Origin: Schizochytrium sp. TIO01
Lineage: Eukaryota; Protista; Bigyra: Labyrinthulomycetes
Direction: 5' to 3'
DNA length: 64,000 bases
Assembly (NCBI GenBank): GCA_004764695.1
Contig: SMSO01000033.1
Location: 1,612,001 to 1,676,000, forward strand
The position numbers and the translations under genes are program-made. Below are positions 1 to 11,120 of this stretch, in pieces. Every line of letters starts with the position of its first letter. Within the stretch, counting starts at the first letter, position 1. The notes below the pieces were generated by a model. That model saw nothing but the letters and a program-made list of their open reading frames with translations. It made no database searches and had not been told where the DNA came from.

Positions 1-1644
1 GCAGCAATTCCATGCGTATGGCGAAGTTGCTTGAGAGAATTGAGCAGTACAGAGAACTGACACAAGACATTCCGCCGCAGAGTTGGGTCTGTAAGCTGAA
101 GGCGCAAAAGGCGACTACTGCTGAGGTACTTTGTGGGAAAGAACGATCCACTCGTGGTGTTTGTAGAATCAAGGTCTTCCATCTCTGTATCCATCGCATC
201 ACTTGTTTTCCGCCGTTTGCTTGCGCGTGCAGCCATGGATTCTCGATCGAGGTCTGCCTGAGAAAAAGGATTTGATTCGAAGGCAGTAAGTACTACATTT
301 GCAACTTCAGTAAATTGAGTCCAGGTTTTCACATCGCTGGCGCAGCCTCCCACTCTATCGACTCGAGACATGAAGAATCGCTGAAGTTCCCAGAAGCGGC
401 TATACAACGTGTAATTGACCGCGTGTCGATCTGTGCTGGACGCAGCAACGGGGTCACTACTAGTTGTGCGCATGGTGTCATCGAAGGTGGACTCATCTTC
501 GAAATCCGTCGAGTTACCCTCGTTATATGATCCAAGAAGATTCACACCGCTACGTTCTGACAAAGGAAATGCATAAGCAAGAAACATCATGACACGGCCA
601 CAGAGAACAGTGTGATGGGACGCAGAAAGGCGACGTAGGAGGTAGTTTGCAATACGAAGCATGGCCATCTTTGATTTGGTAACCTTTTCAAAGGGCATGA
701 GGTGCTTTGACGTAAGCACGCGGGTTCTGGATTCCACCATCACCCATGCAGGCTCCATGGCCTCGACTGTAATCGTTTGAAAGAGATCTTCGAACATAAG
801 GAAGGCAAGTTCCTGACGCGCAAAGTTTGATTCTAGTGATAACATCAAACCAATGCTAATTAGACTATCTGCTCCCTCCAGACCTTTCTTCTGCAACAAT
901 CTGTATTTTAAAAGGCCCAAGACCAAATAGAATTGACACATTCATTCCATGCATATTAGTTTTAAAAAATCGAATCATTCAAAATCAAACATCAGTCAGT
1001 TTCCAACATTGCCCCGGAACTTTGTAATCTGCCCTCGCTGACCCTACCTGTAGCAAAAACTAAAGACACCCTTCATCCATCTGCTGAGCGCAGCCGCAGG
1101 AGTACAAATGGATATTTATAGTGCTCTTGGATGGGTCTCTGCGATGAGCCATGCATGACGAGTAAGCATCCAAACCACAGGACGCAAGACACTTCATAGT
1201 TCAATCTCTCGGTACTATGTTTTCTATTTCAATAGCAGCAACGCCATGCAAGACAATTGTTTAAATGGTGGCTCATTTTCAAAAGCTTGTTCTTCGTTCA
1301 ACAGCCCTCATGATTATATAAAAGTGTCACAGTCCCGACTCGAAACTCTGATCATCTTGCGTATCAACGTACCTTCTTAGCGCAATGTTCACCGCAGAGC
1401 CAACTTCGTCTTGGGCTTCTGTGTCTGATACTCCTGAAGTGTTCACCAGAGCAGCTTTTGTCTCATGGCACTTTTCCATGAAAGTTTTGAGCGGAGCAAA
1501 GGTCGGGGCGCTAGCGGGATCTGATGCAGACGCAAGAGAAAGCTCGGCAGCGTGAGCAGCATCTATATCTGCCGCAACGGCGGAGCAGCATTCAGAGGCC
1601 GCTGCCTCAAGCGCTTGGACGCTCGCATCGAAGACAGCCGCCAT
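1..1644 (-). CDS. THOC1: THO complex subunit 1 (Hpr1 homolog); two exons in window (1644-1373, 900-<1), 3' end beyond left edge
   Basis: Manual translation of 900->1 gives an open frame with MLRIANYLLRRLSASHHTVLCGRVMMFLAYAFPLSERSGVNL and FFPTKYLSSSRLLRLQLTDPTLRRNVLCQ, matching THOC1 motifs (LLRMCNDLLRRLSK..TVFCGRI.LFLA..FPLSEKSGLN; KFLTS..L..LQL.D..FRR). It joins in phase to ORF 1327-1644 through a GT-AG intron. Confidence 0.92.
901..1372 (-). other. Spliceosomal intron of THOC1 (472 nt, phase 2)
   Basis: Donor AG|GTACGT at 1372, branch-like ACTAAT near 960, acceptor TACAG| at 901; splicing restores the frame (...IALRR|LLQKKG...). Confidence 0.8.
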
Positions 1645-2321
1645 GACAGCGTTCAGGAAGCCAACGAATCAGGCTCTCTGCTGGGGCTTTTCAGCGTTTC
1701 AAAGACAGGCCAATATTGCGGAGCTGACCAGACACCAAGAGATGTCTTCGCAGCGTATACCGCGACGACGGCAGCAAGATCGTGGAATGCTAACGATTGA
1801 AACTTGAAGGCTCTCGAATCAAAGCCCCAAGTAAATCTAATTGCCATATAAACATATAAACGCCAACTACTAGTAGGTACGTAAATATTCCTATACCATA
1901 CTGTTAGCATGAGGAGATAGTCTTGCTAAATTATTTATATGTGCGGGACTAGTTTCTGACATCCTGTAGTGCATTTCTTATAACGAGTTCGTCCGTCTGT
2001 ATAAGATTAATTTCGCTGATGTAATGACATCTATAATTTTCTATCTGGACATTATCTTGTGATTGGTAAATTTTGTTGTGACTGCTTAAGGACTTTGAGA
2101 AGAAAACTGAAGCTTATTATTTACAAAAGGGGTGAATTAAATCAGAATGGAACAATCTATCAGGTGCAATAACGTTGGAGGATATGGTGATGGAACAAAT
2201 TAATAAAAGAGAGCTCCAGGATATAAAAAATTGTAGCTGCTTACTTGTTGGATGCTGCGTATATCTTTCCACATATCTACATAAAGAGCTTTAATATTGT
2301 ATCATTATATGGAGTTTTAAC

Positions 2322-2348
2322 AATAATAATAATAATAATAATAATAAT
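2322..2348. repeat. (AAT)9 microsatellite
   Basis: Direct inspection. Confidence 0.95.
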
Positions 2349-2549
2349 GATTCACGAAAAATGGCAATGAATAAAATAATCAAGGGTCAAAAGGCTATAG
2401 TGATAGTGTAGGGCAGAGTAGTTGAACCCCAGCTTGAAAGAGCAAAGGGCTGAATAGGAAAGTGTAAGGTGTGGAATTACGAAAGTAAGAATGAATATTC
2501 CCTTGCACAGTAGGACACAAGAATGCAAATATGAACACAGATAGCAGTT

Positions 2550-3794
2550 TTAGGTGTCCGACATGGACAGATTTTTGCGTTTGGATTGCAACATGAGAAC
2601 AAAATCATCAATAACCAAGGGCCAAGCGCCAGTCTCAGAATCAAAGGCCTCAAAAAAGGCGTCACCTGTTTGCATACGCATCTTAATTAGATGTAAAGTT
2701 TGAACCCACAGGTCTCGCGAGATTCCCCTAACAGAATCCAACGAGCCTATGTACGCAAGAAAGTCACCAAGTAGGTCACATCTAGCGCGTTGCAAAATGA
2801 TTGGCCAAAGACTAAGTGCAACATCTTTATGAAGACACCGTTGACCTGGATCGCAGGCCCACCCATATGCAAACCTGTATACACTTGGGAATTCTGGATG
2901 GTCAATCTCCAACAGTGCTCTCAACTCCTCAAGTCTACCCGAAGTCCTAATCTCCTCCACGGTGCGCACCTGAAGAACCTCGAGCCCGGCAAGAAACTCT
3001 GTCCTCGTATAAACGCCAAGTTCGCGTGCCTTGAGTGCCCAAGAGAGCACAATCATGACAGGATCTTCGGGATGAACCCCAAGATCGTTACACAGGCGCA
3101 GCATTCCATCAGTCCCAATGCTCCCTGAGCCTCCATGATCCTTGTACAAATCAAAACTTGCCTCGCGGACCTCCTCTGCGCTACGAGGCACCATCGCTTG
3201 GCGACGGCGTTTCCTGAAACTCATAGTCTGACCAGATCCATCCGCACAACAGCCGCTCTCAAATCGGTACTGCGTCTGGTGCTGTAAATGGTTGTGGCCC
3301 TGGTCCATATCTTGTTGAAGATGATCCTGATGCTGCTGAAGTTGCAATTGATTTTGATTTTGGCTTCGCTGGGATAGATTTTGTTGTTGGTTTTGATGAA
3401 CGTGCTGTTGATTGCTGTGAAAGTGGCTCGGGAGATGATCAGAGTCCTGAGACTTGCCCTGAAGCTCGCGTTGGTGCTGCTGGAGGATTTGGTGAGCGTT
3501 CTGTGTCCTGGATAGCGGCGAGAGGGGCATGGCTTCGGAGTGGCCGCTTGCATCTCGAGAGCGCTTGGTAGAGACGAATGCACCGGACGCCATTTTGCGT
3601 TCGCGGGGCGATACCTCCCGAGCAGCTAAAGCCAGAGCAGATAGTTGTTCGTGTGTAAGAGAGGCAGGATCGCCAGACTCGCACTGCGCAAGAAAACGCC
3701 GGATGAGAGCACCTTGCTGGGGTGTCGGCGCGGAGGAGATGCCCAGTTTGAGCAGCGCCTCTCGAAGGTCAGCAACGCCGCCCTCACGAGACAT
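2550..3794 (-). CDS. DCN1: DCN1-like protein (cullin neddylation co-E3, PONY domain) with Q/H-rich N-terminal region
   Basis: IGTDGMLRLCNDLGVHPEDPVMIVLSWAL, YRFAYGWACDPGQRCL, ISRDLW and GAWPLVIDDFV; the DAD patch is intact. Confidence 0.92.
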   Translation of the reverse strand: MSREGGVADLREALLKLGISSAPTPQQGALIRRFLAQCESGDPASLTHEQLSALALAAREVSPRERKMASGAFVSTKRSRDASGHSEAMPLSPLSRTQNAHQILQQHQRELQGKSQDSDHLPSHFHSNQQHVHQNQQQNLSQRSQNQNQLQLQQHQDHLQQDMDQGHNHLQHQTQYRFESGCCADGSGQTMSFRKRRRQAMVPRSAEEVREASFDLYKDHGGSGSIGTDGMLRLCNDLGVHPEDPVMIVLSWALKARELGVYTRTEFLAGLEVLQVRTVEEIRTSGRLEELRALLEIDHPEFPSVYRFAYGWACDPGQRCLHKDVALSLWPIILQRARCDLLGDFLAYIGSLDSVRGISRDLWVQTLHLIKMRMQTGDAFFEAFDSETGAWPLVIDDFVLMLQSKRKNLSMSDT

Positions 3795-5160
3795 ACCCGC
3801 CGCGGCTCAACGGCGAAGACAATCAGTAGGTGCTGAGGATGTGGTCTTCGCCCAAAGGAGGCGTGGAGGATCTACAGGAGTCACAGACGCTGCGATCGAA
3901 GTTGACTAGTAATCTGCTTTTGACTACTCGAGATGTTTCCATTGTTTACTTGCTTCTTCTTCTTTTAATATAAAAGTTTTTTAAAATGTGTTTGGCTCAT
4001 GGCCTCAGTTATACAGATAGGCAGGTAGGTATCTAGTATTTATAAACAAAAGTAAACAAAAAGAATACCTACGATGGTCATGATAGTAGGTAGGTATGAA
4101 TTCAGATTTCGACTGACTATTTGATCATATTGCAAAGTAAATGCTCATTATGTCTCAAAGCCTGGGATCTTTTGGTCCCTAAACCCCTTTCAGTTTGGTT
4201 TGCCCTTGCTCATGGTGGTGAATGAGGGGATTGATTCAAGCCGGTGTAGTTTGCGGATTTTTTTTGCAAAGAACCAAATATATTTTGCTATACTTGGAGA
4301 ATCCATCACATCACCAGCAAAAAAGGAATCCGAATTAAACAGTAGAATAGAAATTCAAATAGGACCCTTTTATTTATTTTCATCTGACTGGAGGTGCTTC
4401 TTCATATAGGAAAAAAAAACTCAAGATCTAACATTTAGCATATATGAAACATGACAGACTCGCAGTTTCGAAATTATAGTATTGCACATGCTTAGTAGTA
4501 TGCCAAACCAGAAGATTGGCCTTAAATTACTTGTCAGTACACCCTTTACTTCAGGCTTCACAAGATCAGAGCAGCACAGGTCTAGACTACAGTCGAGAGC
4601 AATCATTTGTGTGAGAAACAGTATATCTACAACGTTAATGAAGTTACAAAAATGTCTGCAAAAAATCCAAGCTCCTATAGAATTTCAGATATACAATTAG
4701 CTCTGAGCAATTGAACCCAGCCTTTCAAATTGAACTAACAAGCATAAAACCAGACGAAACGATGAAGAAATGCAAAAAAAAATCTAATATATAGAGAAAA
4801 ACATGTTTCCGTTTTAAAGAGGCGTGGTAAGTGAGTTTGATTGATCGGACTAGACTCGCACAAGGAAATCTAACCGTTTAATCCAAAGTTCTCCTCAGTA
4901 CCTTTCATAGTTCAGATCTTTTTATATCAAATGTGAAGTTTGCTTTTGCTCATGCCACCACATACATACCGCACTCTCAGTCGGAATACGCAAGGGCTGG
5001 AAATCTTAGAATAGCAAAGTTTCTTGAATTTCTTTTGTCAGGATCATAGTAGTGAATTAACATGAACGTGAGCATTGCAGTACATTCAGTATCATGCAAA
5101 GGAAATCGATGTTTCGCACAACGAGCCTACGCGCACGAACCCAGGTTTCCAACGATGTGC

Positions 5161-5460
5161 TCATGAACTAGCAGAAGCGGCAGCCTTACCCTTGCTGACT
5201 CCCATGATTAATGTAACATTGTCGCCTTTGAGCATGATACGTCCTAGAGGACGCCGAGTCTTGGTCTTACTGTTAACTTCCTCCGCCTCATCTAGTACAA
5301 GGTTAAAGTACTCATCAAGACCGACAATGCGAGCTGCTTCAATACGCATACTATCCTGGCCAAAAAGCCAAATCTGCACACGGGCACGGTTTTGTAGCAG
5401 CCGAAAAATGACATTAATCGGCTGGGTCATAACCTTTTGCGCTCTGGTACCGCCCGCCAT
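5161..5460 (-). CDS. SNRPE: Small nuclear ribonucleoprotein E (SmE), divergent Sm1 motif
   Basis: [16 protein letters not shown]...[13 protein letters not shown]...[14 protein letters not shown] is a clear SmE signature. Confidence 0.93.
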   Translation of the reverse strand: MAGGTRAQKVMTQPINVIFRLLQNRARVQIWLFGQDSMRIEAARIVGLDEYFNLVLDEAEEVNSKTKTRRPLGRIMLKGDNVTLIMGVSKGKAAASASS

Positions 5461-5980
5461 GGTGCTTGGTGCAAATTGCAGAGCCTAAACTTTTCAGAAC
5501 AACTTAGATAATATTGACCAGTCTTGTGGTCTGCAAGCTATTTATTGTTGAAGCTAATCCGCTCACACCTTTAATGAAGGGAAAGAAACGTTGGTAAACT
5601 ACAGGACACTACCAAGTGATACGCCCTTTATAAGCTGCCCAGGCTCGATAACTCTAGCTTCGCGCGTCGAAACTTATCAACGAACGAGTTTGGTTTGAAG
5701 ATGGAGAAATTGAACGCACGAATGAACCACAGCGAAAGAGAGAGAGAGACAGAGAGAGTAGCAGAAGCAAAGGCACTACACTAGGCGGCGTAGTGAAAAA
5801 GCAGAAGGCTCGCGCGAGATCAACTGTGGCCTTTGAAAGGTTACAAACGGCACAAACGACGGGATTTGAAGATAGCTTGAGTCCAGAAAGGACGAGTAAA
5901 CCTCATCGCCATACAACAGAGAAACAGCAACTTGTATTATATAGGGTATAGTAAATATAAGCCCATTATTTTAAGTCTAC

Positions 5981-6040
5981 TAGTAGTAGGTAGTAGTAGT
6001 AGTAGTAGTAGTGGTATTAGTAGTAATAGTACGTACGTAC
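5981..6040. repeat. Imperfect (TAG)n / (GTAC)n microsatellite
   Basis: Direct inspection. Confidence 0.85.
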
Positions 6041-6072
6041 AGACGTACTAGCAATCTGATTAACAAAGTCGG

Positions 6073-6090
6073 TAGGTAGGCACCTACCTA
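6073..6090. promoter_or_regulatory. TAGGTAGG-CA-CCTACCTA inverted repeat (one of several upstream TAGGT/ACCTA elements)
   Basis: Perfect 8-bp inverted repeat; related elements at 4025-4097, 54449-54467 and 62976-63007. Function not shown. Confidence 0.3.
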
Positions 6091-6638
6091 ATGGTACCTA
6101 TGCTGATAAAGTACCAAGAAAGATGATACACTCTCTTTTGATATATCTATACTTCAAATCTTTTAGCAAAACTCAAGCCAAAACAATCACTCATGATGCG
6201 AACGCACCTTGCACAGGAGAGAAATTGGGTGAATCGCTATATAAATTTGATGCTGCCCAAATAATTAGTGAATTTGCACCTTCATAAACGAATCACTTAC
6301 TGGACGTAGTAAAAGCTCATGAAGAATTGCTTTGGTTTGTGAAGTAGATGAAGCTCCCTTCGATAGCATCGAACTTATATACTTGCATAAAATCTGCAAC
6401 GGTGCTATACTAGGCTTCGTCAAATTTTACCTTTTAAAAAAAAAAACTCCCTTTTCACAAAGATACTCATTACTCTAAACTTTTGATATGCAACACGGTA
6501 CTTCGCAAGTACAACTGTACGATACATCAACGGTTGTGTATGTGTATATTTGTATATATATATATATTTATTGATTTATTTACATTCACATTCTTCATTA
6601 AGTTATGTCATCTACCGTGGAATGTTTTAGAATTAATT

Positions 6639-9600
6639 TTAAAAGCCGAAAATGTTTTTGGCTTTTGCTTTCTTTTTACGCTTCTTCACTAGCGTCGCAG
6701 AATTTGGACCTCTTCCATCAGCTGCCATCCGCTCTCTTCCTAATATTAGCCATCTGCGCATGATTGCTACAGATGCAGGAGATAAATTAAGACGATGACC
6801 TGCAAATGCCGACGCATTATCGAATTTGTCATCATCATCATCATCATCACTTATGTCAGCAGCACGAATACCAAGGATTACACCGCGCTTACGCGCAGAC
6901 TCCTGTGCACGGTGCAACCAGTGGAGCATAATCGCCTTAGATGCTGCACTGAGCACAACAGGCCCGAATATTGTTGGTCGGTCGGGAGCAGCTCCTGGGC
7001 CGCCCTCATAATCACCAGGACCACCTACTCCACGGCGCCCGCCGGGAGCTCCACGTGCTGCAAAGTCGGAACCTCCAACCTTTTGTTCATCACGATGCTT
7101 TTGCACGCACGGCAAGCAAAGGGTGCGGAGAACAGCATGTTTTTGGAAATAGTTCTTCCATGCTACCTGATCAAATTCTTCACTGGGGTGTTCCTGCTCA
7201 AAAGCGTCACCCAGTTTATCAATAGGGGTAAGTAACTCAACTTGAAGTTGTTTGCGGCTTAAGCACTGTTCACACTCAACTTTACGAGCTCTATTGATGA
7301 GCGGCTGTACCGCAGCTCGAAGGGTACGTCGCCGCCGTGCTTGTGCAAGCCAGAGTCGAATGATATTACGAGATGCATTGGTCAGAGTGACTGGCCCAAA
7401 CTTTGGGCGGCTATCGTCTTCCTCATCATCTGAAGATACATCAGGATTAACGCTTCCAAGAATTTTAGTGAGTTGCGCAGTGAGATAAGGACGTGATCGT
7501 CGTAGTGTGCGTGGTGTGAGGATGTTAGGGAGTTGTGCAACAAGCCATGGACGGTTGTAGTCGAGAAACTTGTGACGAAAGGTTTCACTGGTGATCTTTT
7601 GATTCATCAAATAAGCTTCATGAGAAGCACCCTTGATCTTGTCAAGTTCGTCCCAGCGAGGCGCGCCCATATCATCATCATCCATAGTTTGATGCCATGC
7701 AGTATCCTCATGTCGGAGACGCCAGAGACCAACTTTATTGGCAATTCTGACAGATACACGCCGGGTGAGTATACACGAAATCAACACATAGGGAAAGATG
7801 ATGAGTAGGGCAGGATCTCCAAATGCATTGTAATCCATTCGCAACATGATTTCGATTCCCAGAACAAACATCATAATGCCCATAGAGTATAGACAGCATA
7901 TTAAGTAATACTGGCTACTAAAGCAGAATTGATCGATGGTACGCAAAGTCTCCTCAATGCACTCGTCAAGATTATCTTCAAACCCTTTCCAGCGATGTTC
8001 GCGCTGGATGAAGCGATAACGAGTGTAAGTCAAGTAATCATAGATCTTCCACCCATGGAAAAGCTCCTGGGCTTGAAGAATGAAGACATCGGCCAGAGTC
8101 TGAAAAAGAATCAGAATAATAGAAAACCACAAATAGTACTCCATATCCTGGTTTCGGATGCCGTAAAGATCTGGGAGACCAATCTGGTCCCGAAAGACCA
8201 TCAAAATCAAAATAATAAAGGGTTGCATGTACAGAGACATTAATTCCGTAGAATACCCAGAGTAAGCATTGAGAATTGGTTCAACTGTCTCCGACCCCTC
8301 AAACTGTTGCTCAACCTCGCGTTTGGTACCTGGTTTTGGAGTAGCACTGGGTCCGAGAGCTTTTTCCATATCACCCTCGAGCTTTTTCTTAGCAGCTAAA
8401 GCATCCAGTTCAGCTAGTTGATCATCCAAAGTGCGCCCTATATGAAACTTTGCACGTACGAAATCCTTCAACCGTAGCATCCCTTGTCGCATAATGGAAA
8501 AGAATTCATCTTTACCAGGATTCCAGAATACACGTGAAATGATCATGAGACCATTATTAATCACATATGCAACCACCATGTCGAGGAAGTTATTCGCACC
8601 AAATGTAACCAGCCCAAAAACGAGACCAAATGAAACATCATGTGGACATATCAAAAGTTTCTCCGCAAGCATGTACTCCATAGCGAAATCATAGATGATG
8701 TTCACGATTTTCATAAGTAAGATAAAGTACCATAGCACCGTACCATATGAATCCCAATAAGAGAATTCAATGAGAAAGATCAAAAAGACAGAAAGAAATA
8801 ACGACGTGACAACCATCGTACTGCGTTTCCACATCGTTGGCTTCCATGTACTCCTTTCCTTAGTGTGGTGGTCATGCGTGTCTTCGTATAACTGTTCCTC
8901 AATCGAAACCTTGCGGGGAATAAATGCCTGAACACTTACCAGGAGTAGGTAGAGCGCAAGACAAACAAAAGCCAAGCCCATGCGGCCATACCTTGTATCA
9001 TCTACCTCCTCAGGTAAAACAGAAGAGTCCATGTAATGTTTGGGCCATGTCTCTAAGAAGTATGACTCGTCCATGTATGATTCTTCCGCCTCTGAAGTAG
9101 CCTCTGCAAGCTGAACCGCAGTCATATTGTCCGAACCATCAATGCTGAGCGGAGATATCATAAGAATAATCGTTCTCACGAAAGTTTTGCCTTCAAGCAA
9201 AATCCAACATAAAGCTAGCACGCTTCCAAGAGGTAGGACTGCTAAGCTCACTCCGATGAGAGGACCAGGTGTGATGAGTACAAGATACGAGAAGAACCGA
9301 AACTTTGGGGGTTGTTGCAAATGAGTTGTGACCCGATTGATGAACCAGAACATTGCTGAAATGAGAACCGTGAAGATTCCAATAGCGACAAAAAGGTTGA
9401 TAAAAACGACGCGCTTAAAAGCAAAGTTTACGATCAAGTCATAGTACCCTAGCGCACGGAACTCAATATTAAAGTCATAAGCTGTATTGGTCTCATCAAA
9501 GTCAAAGTCATCAAGTACTAACTCGATGTAGATAAGTCGCTTCAGATTAAGATCCACCTGATAGTAGTGCATTTGTAGTGTGATTGACCGAGGAAAGCAT

Positions 9601-11120
9601 TGCCGGCCACACTCATCAGACATTGCATCAGCAGCGTCACGATTCACCTCCATAGGAATAAGCCAATCTGAGGAGCCAGCTGCAACAAAATCATCCACAT
9701 ACAGTCCTCCACGCAGAAACTGTTCTACAGTAATCGGCTCCCACATAAACTCCATCAATGTGGTTCCTGAAGAAACTTCAAACCATCTCGGAGTTAGATC
9801 TCTAGTTGTCAGATCCTCTTCATACGCGCATTGCAACGTCCGAGTACAGTAGTCTGCTATGGGATCCGGCTCCAAAAATGTATAAGGTTCAACTACACGA
9901 ATGTTGTCATAGTCAGGGAGAGCAGCATAATTATAGCGCTCCCAATCTAGAGGAATACGATCGCCATTCTCATCGAAAAGTGGAAGCTCGCACTCTGACG
10001 ATTCGAGCAGATCCCAGATCGTCACGTATGAGTCAAATTGCTTGCAATTAGAAAAAAATGGAAGATAAGGAAGAACGATCTTGTCCAAATTAAAAGACAG
10101 GTCTTCATCAGCAACATCAATGTCCATTTCATGAAAAATCTCGCGGTATTTCACGATCATATCCTTCACCACTATTGGATCGGAGTCTGGTGCATTCCAC
10201 CATTGCTGATCTGTTGTCAGATCATCATAGTCATCAAGAACTGTTGTCGCATCGTCCGTACCGTTATAGCTCACTAAAACACGGCCTTTCTCAGTATCTT
10301 CGTAGCGAGCAGGAAGATTGAGTGGAGGTGATACACTTGTGAGTGTATCTCGACGGAAAATTGCTGCAAACACGTAGTCTTGAACCACTTCTGACTCGGC
10401 AGCGCTAACAATTGGGCTTAGTTTTCGGCGTCCAAATGAATCAGATGGTATATGGCGAGTTGAGTTTGCCCGCTCTGGTCGTGAGATAGTCACCACCGCA
10501 GAATCTTCGAACTGTGGAGTCAGCGAACTAAAGAGACCATGCAAAATATGAACCTCTACGCGGAAAATAACATCTTCAATAGAAACCAGGGAAATAGAAA
10601 ATGTTGAGGTCTTGACAATGTCGTCGCTCAGAAACCAGGTGCTAAGGTCAATAGGTTGATGGCATGGATATACTTCAAGTTCATCTCCAATATTGCAACT
10701 CGAGTCTTCGGCGCACTCTTCCTGCGAAGAAACGGTATATCGCTCGCGATCTGAGTCACATCGCTGCTCTTCACATGTAGAATTAGCTACAAAAATTGCA
10801 ATTCGGTAATGTTCACCATACACGAGATCATCTGGGAGATGTGAGAAATCAAAATCAATCGAAGCTTTGTGAAGGGTTTGCAGTTTGAACCAGGAGCGCT
10901 CATTGTCACGAACACCTTCCTCAAGCTCTTGTCGGTTTATTCTAGTAACAAAGTCATCCCAGCTAACAAGCTCGTCTGTATGATCCGTCCACCATGATGC
11001 TTCCATCTCAGATTTTATACTTTCATATTCAGCTCTTGTCTTGGGAATGGCTTGTGTTGTGGTGTTGAAAATCGTCAAATTTCGAACGGTTTGCGGATAT
11101 GCAGTGGAAAAACCCGGCAT
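6639..11120 (-). CDS. Giant protein segment 6: membrane-proximal ectodomain, ~9-11 TM helices, cytoplasmic tail
   Basis: Hydrophobic segments between ~9420 and ~7740. It has no signal peptide of its own, and a TGA immediately precedes its ATG in frame. Confidence 0.85.
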   Translation of the reverse strand: MPGFSTAYPQTVRNLTIFNTTTQAIPKTRAEYESIKSEMEASWWTDHTDELVSWDDFVTRINRQELEEGVRDNERSWFKLQTLHKASIDFDFSHLPDDLVYGEHYRIAIFVANSTCEEQRCDSDRERYTVSSQEECAEDSSCNIGDELEVYPCHQPIDLSTWFLSDDIVKTSTFSISLVSIEDVIFRVEVHILHGLFSSLTPQFEDSAVVTISRPERANSTRHIPSDSFGRRKLSPIVSAAESEVVQDYVFAAIFRRDTLTSVSPPLNLPARYEDTEKGRVLVSYNGTDDATTVLDDYDDLTTDQQWWNAPDSDPIVVKDMIVKYREIFHEMDIDVADEDLSFNLDKIVLPYLPFFSNCKQFDSYVTIWDLLESSECELPLFDENGDRIPLDWERYNYAALPDYDNIRVVEPYTFLEPDPIADYCTRTLQCAYEEDLTTRDLTPRWFEVSSGTTLMEFMWEPITVEQFLRGGLYVDDFVAAGSSDWLIPMEVNRDAADAMSDECGRQCFPRSITLQMHYYQVDLNLKRLIYIELVLDDFDFDETNTAYDFNIEFRALGYYDLIVNFAFKRVVFINLFVAIGIFTVLISAMFWFINRVTTHLQQPPKFRFFSYLVLITPGPLIGVSLAVLPLGSVLALCWILLEGKTFVRTIILMISPLSIDGSDNMTAVQLAEATSEAEESYMDESYFLETWPKHYMDSSVLPEEVDDTRYGRMGLAFVCLALYLLLVSVQAFIPRKVSIEEQLYEDTHDHHTKERSTWKPTMWKRSTMVVTSLFLSVFLIFLIEFSYWDSYGTVLWYFILLMKIVNIIYDFAMEYMLAEKLLICPHDVSFGLVFGLVTFGANNFLDMVVAYVINNGLMIISRVFWNPGKDEFFSIMRQGMLRLKDFVRAKFHIGRTLDDQLAELDALAAKKKLEGDMEKALGPSATPKPGTKREVEQQFEGSETVEPILNAYSGYSTELMSLYMQPFIILILMVFRDQIGLPDLYGIRNQDMEYYLWFSIILILFQTLADVFILQAQELFHGWKIYDYLTYTRYRFIQREHRWKGFEDNLDECIEETLRTIDQFCFSSQYYLICCLYSMGIMMFVLGIEIMLRMDYNAFGDPALLIIFPYVLISCILTRRVSVRIANKVGLWRLRHEDTAWHQTMDDDDMGAPRWDELDKIKGASHEAYLMNQKITSETFRHKFLDYNRPWLVAQLPNILTPRTLRRSRPYLTAQLTKILGSVNPDVSSDDEEDDSRPKFGPVTLTNASRNIIRLWLAQARRRRTLRAAVQPLINRARKVECEQCLSRKQLQVELLTPIDKLGDAFEQEHPSEEFDQVAWKNYFQKHAVLRTLCLPCVQKHRDEQKVGGSDFAARGAPGGRRGVGGPGDYEGGPGAAPDRPTIFGPVVLSAASKAIMLHWLHRAQESARKRGVILGIRAADISDDDDDDDKFDNASAFAGHRLNLSPASVAIMRRWLILGRERMAADGRGPNSATLVKKRKKKAKAKNIFGF

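Noticed and set aside
1327-1644. Stand-alone 105-aa protein
   Set aside because: It is exon 1 of THOC1 reading into the intron.
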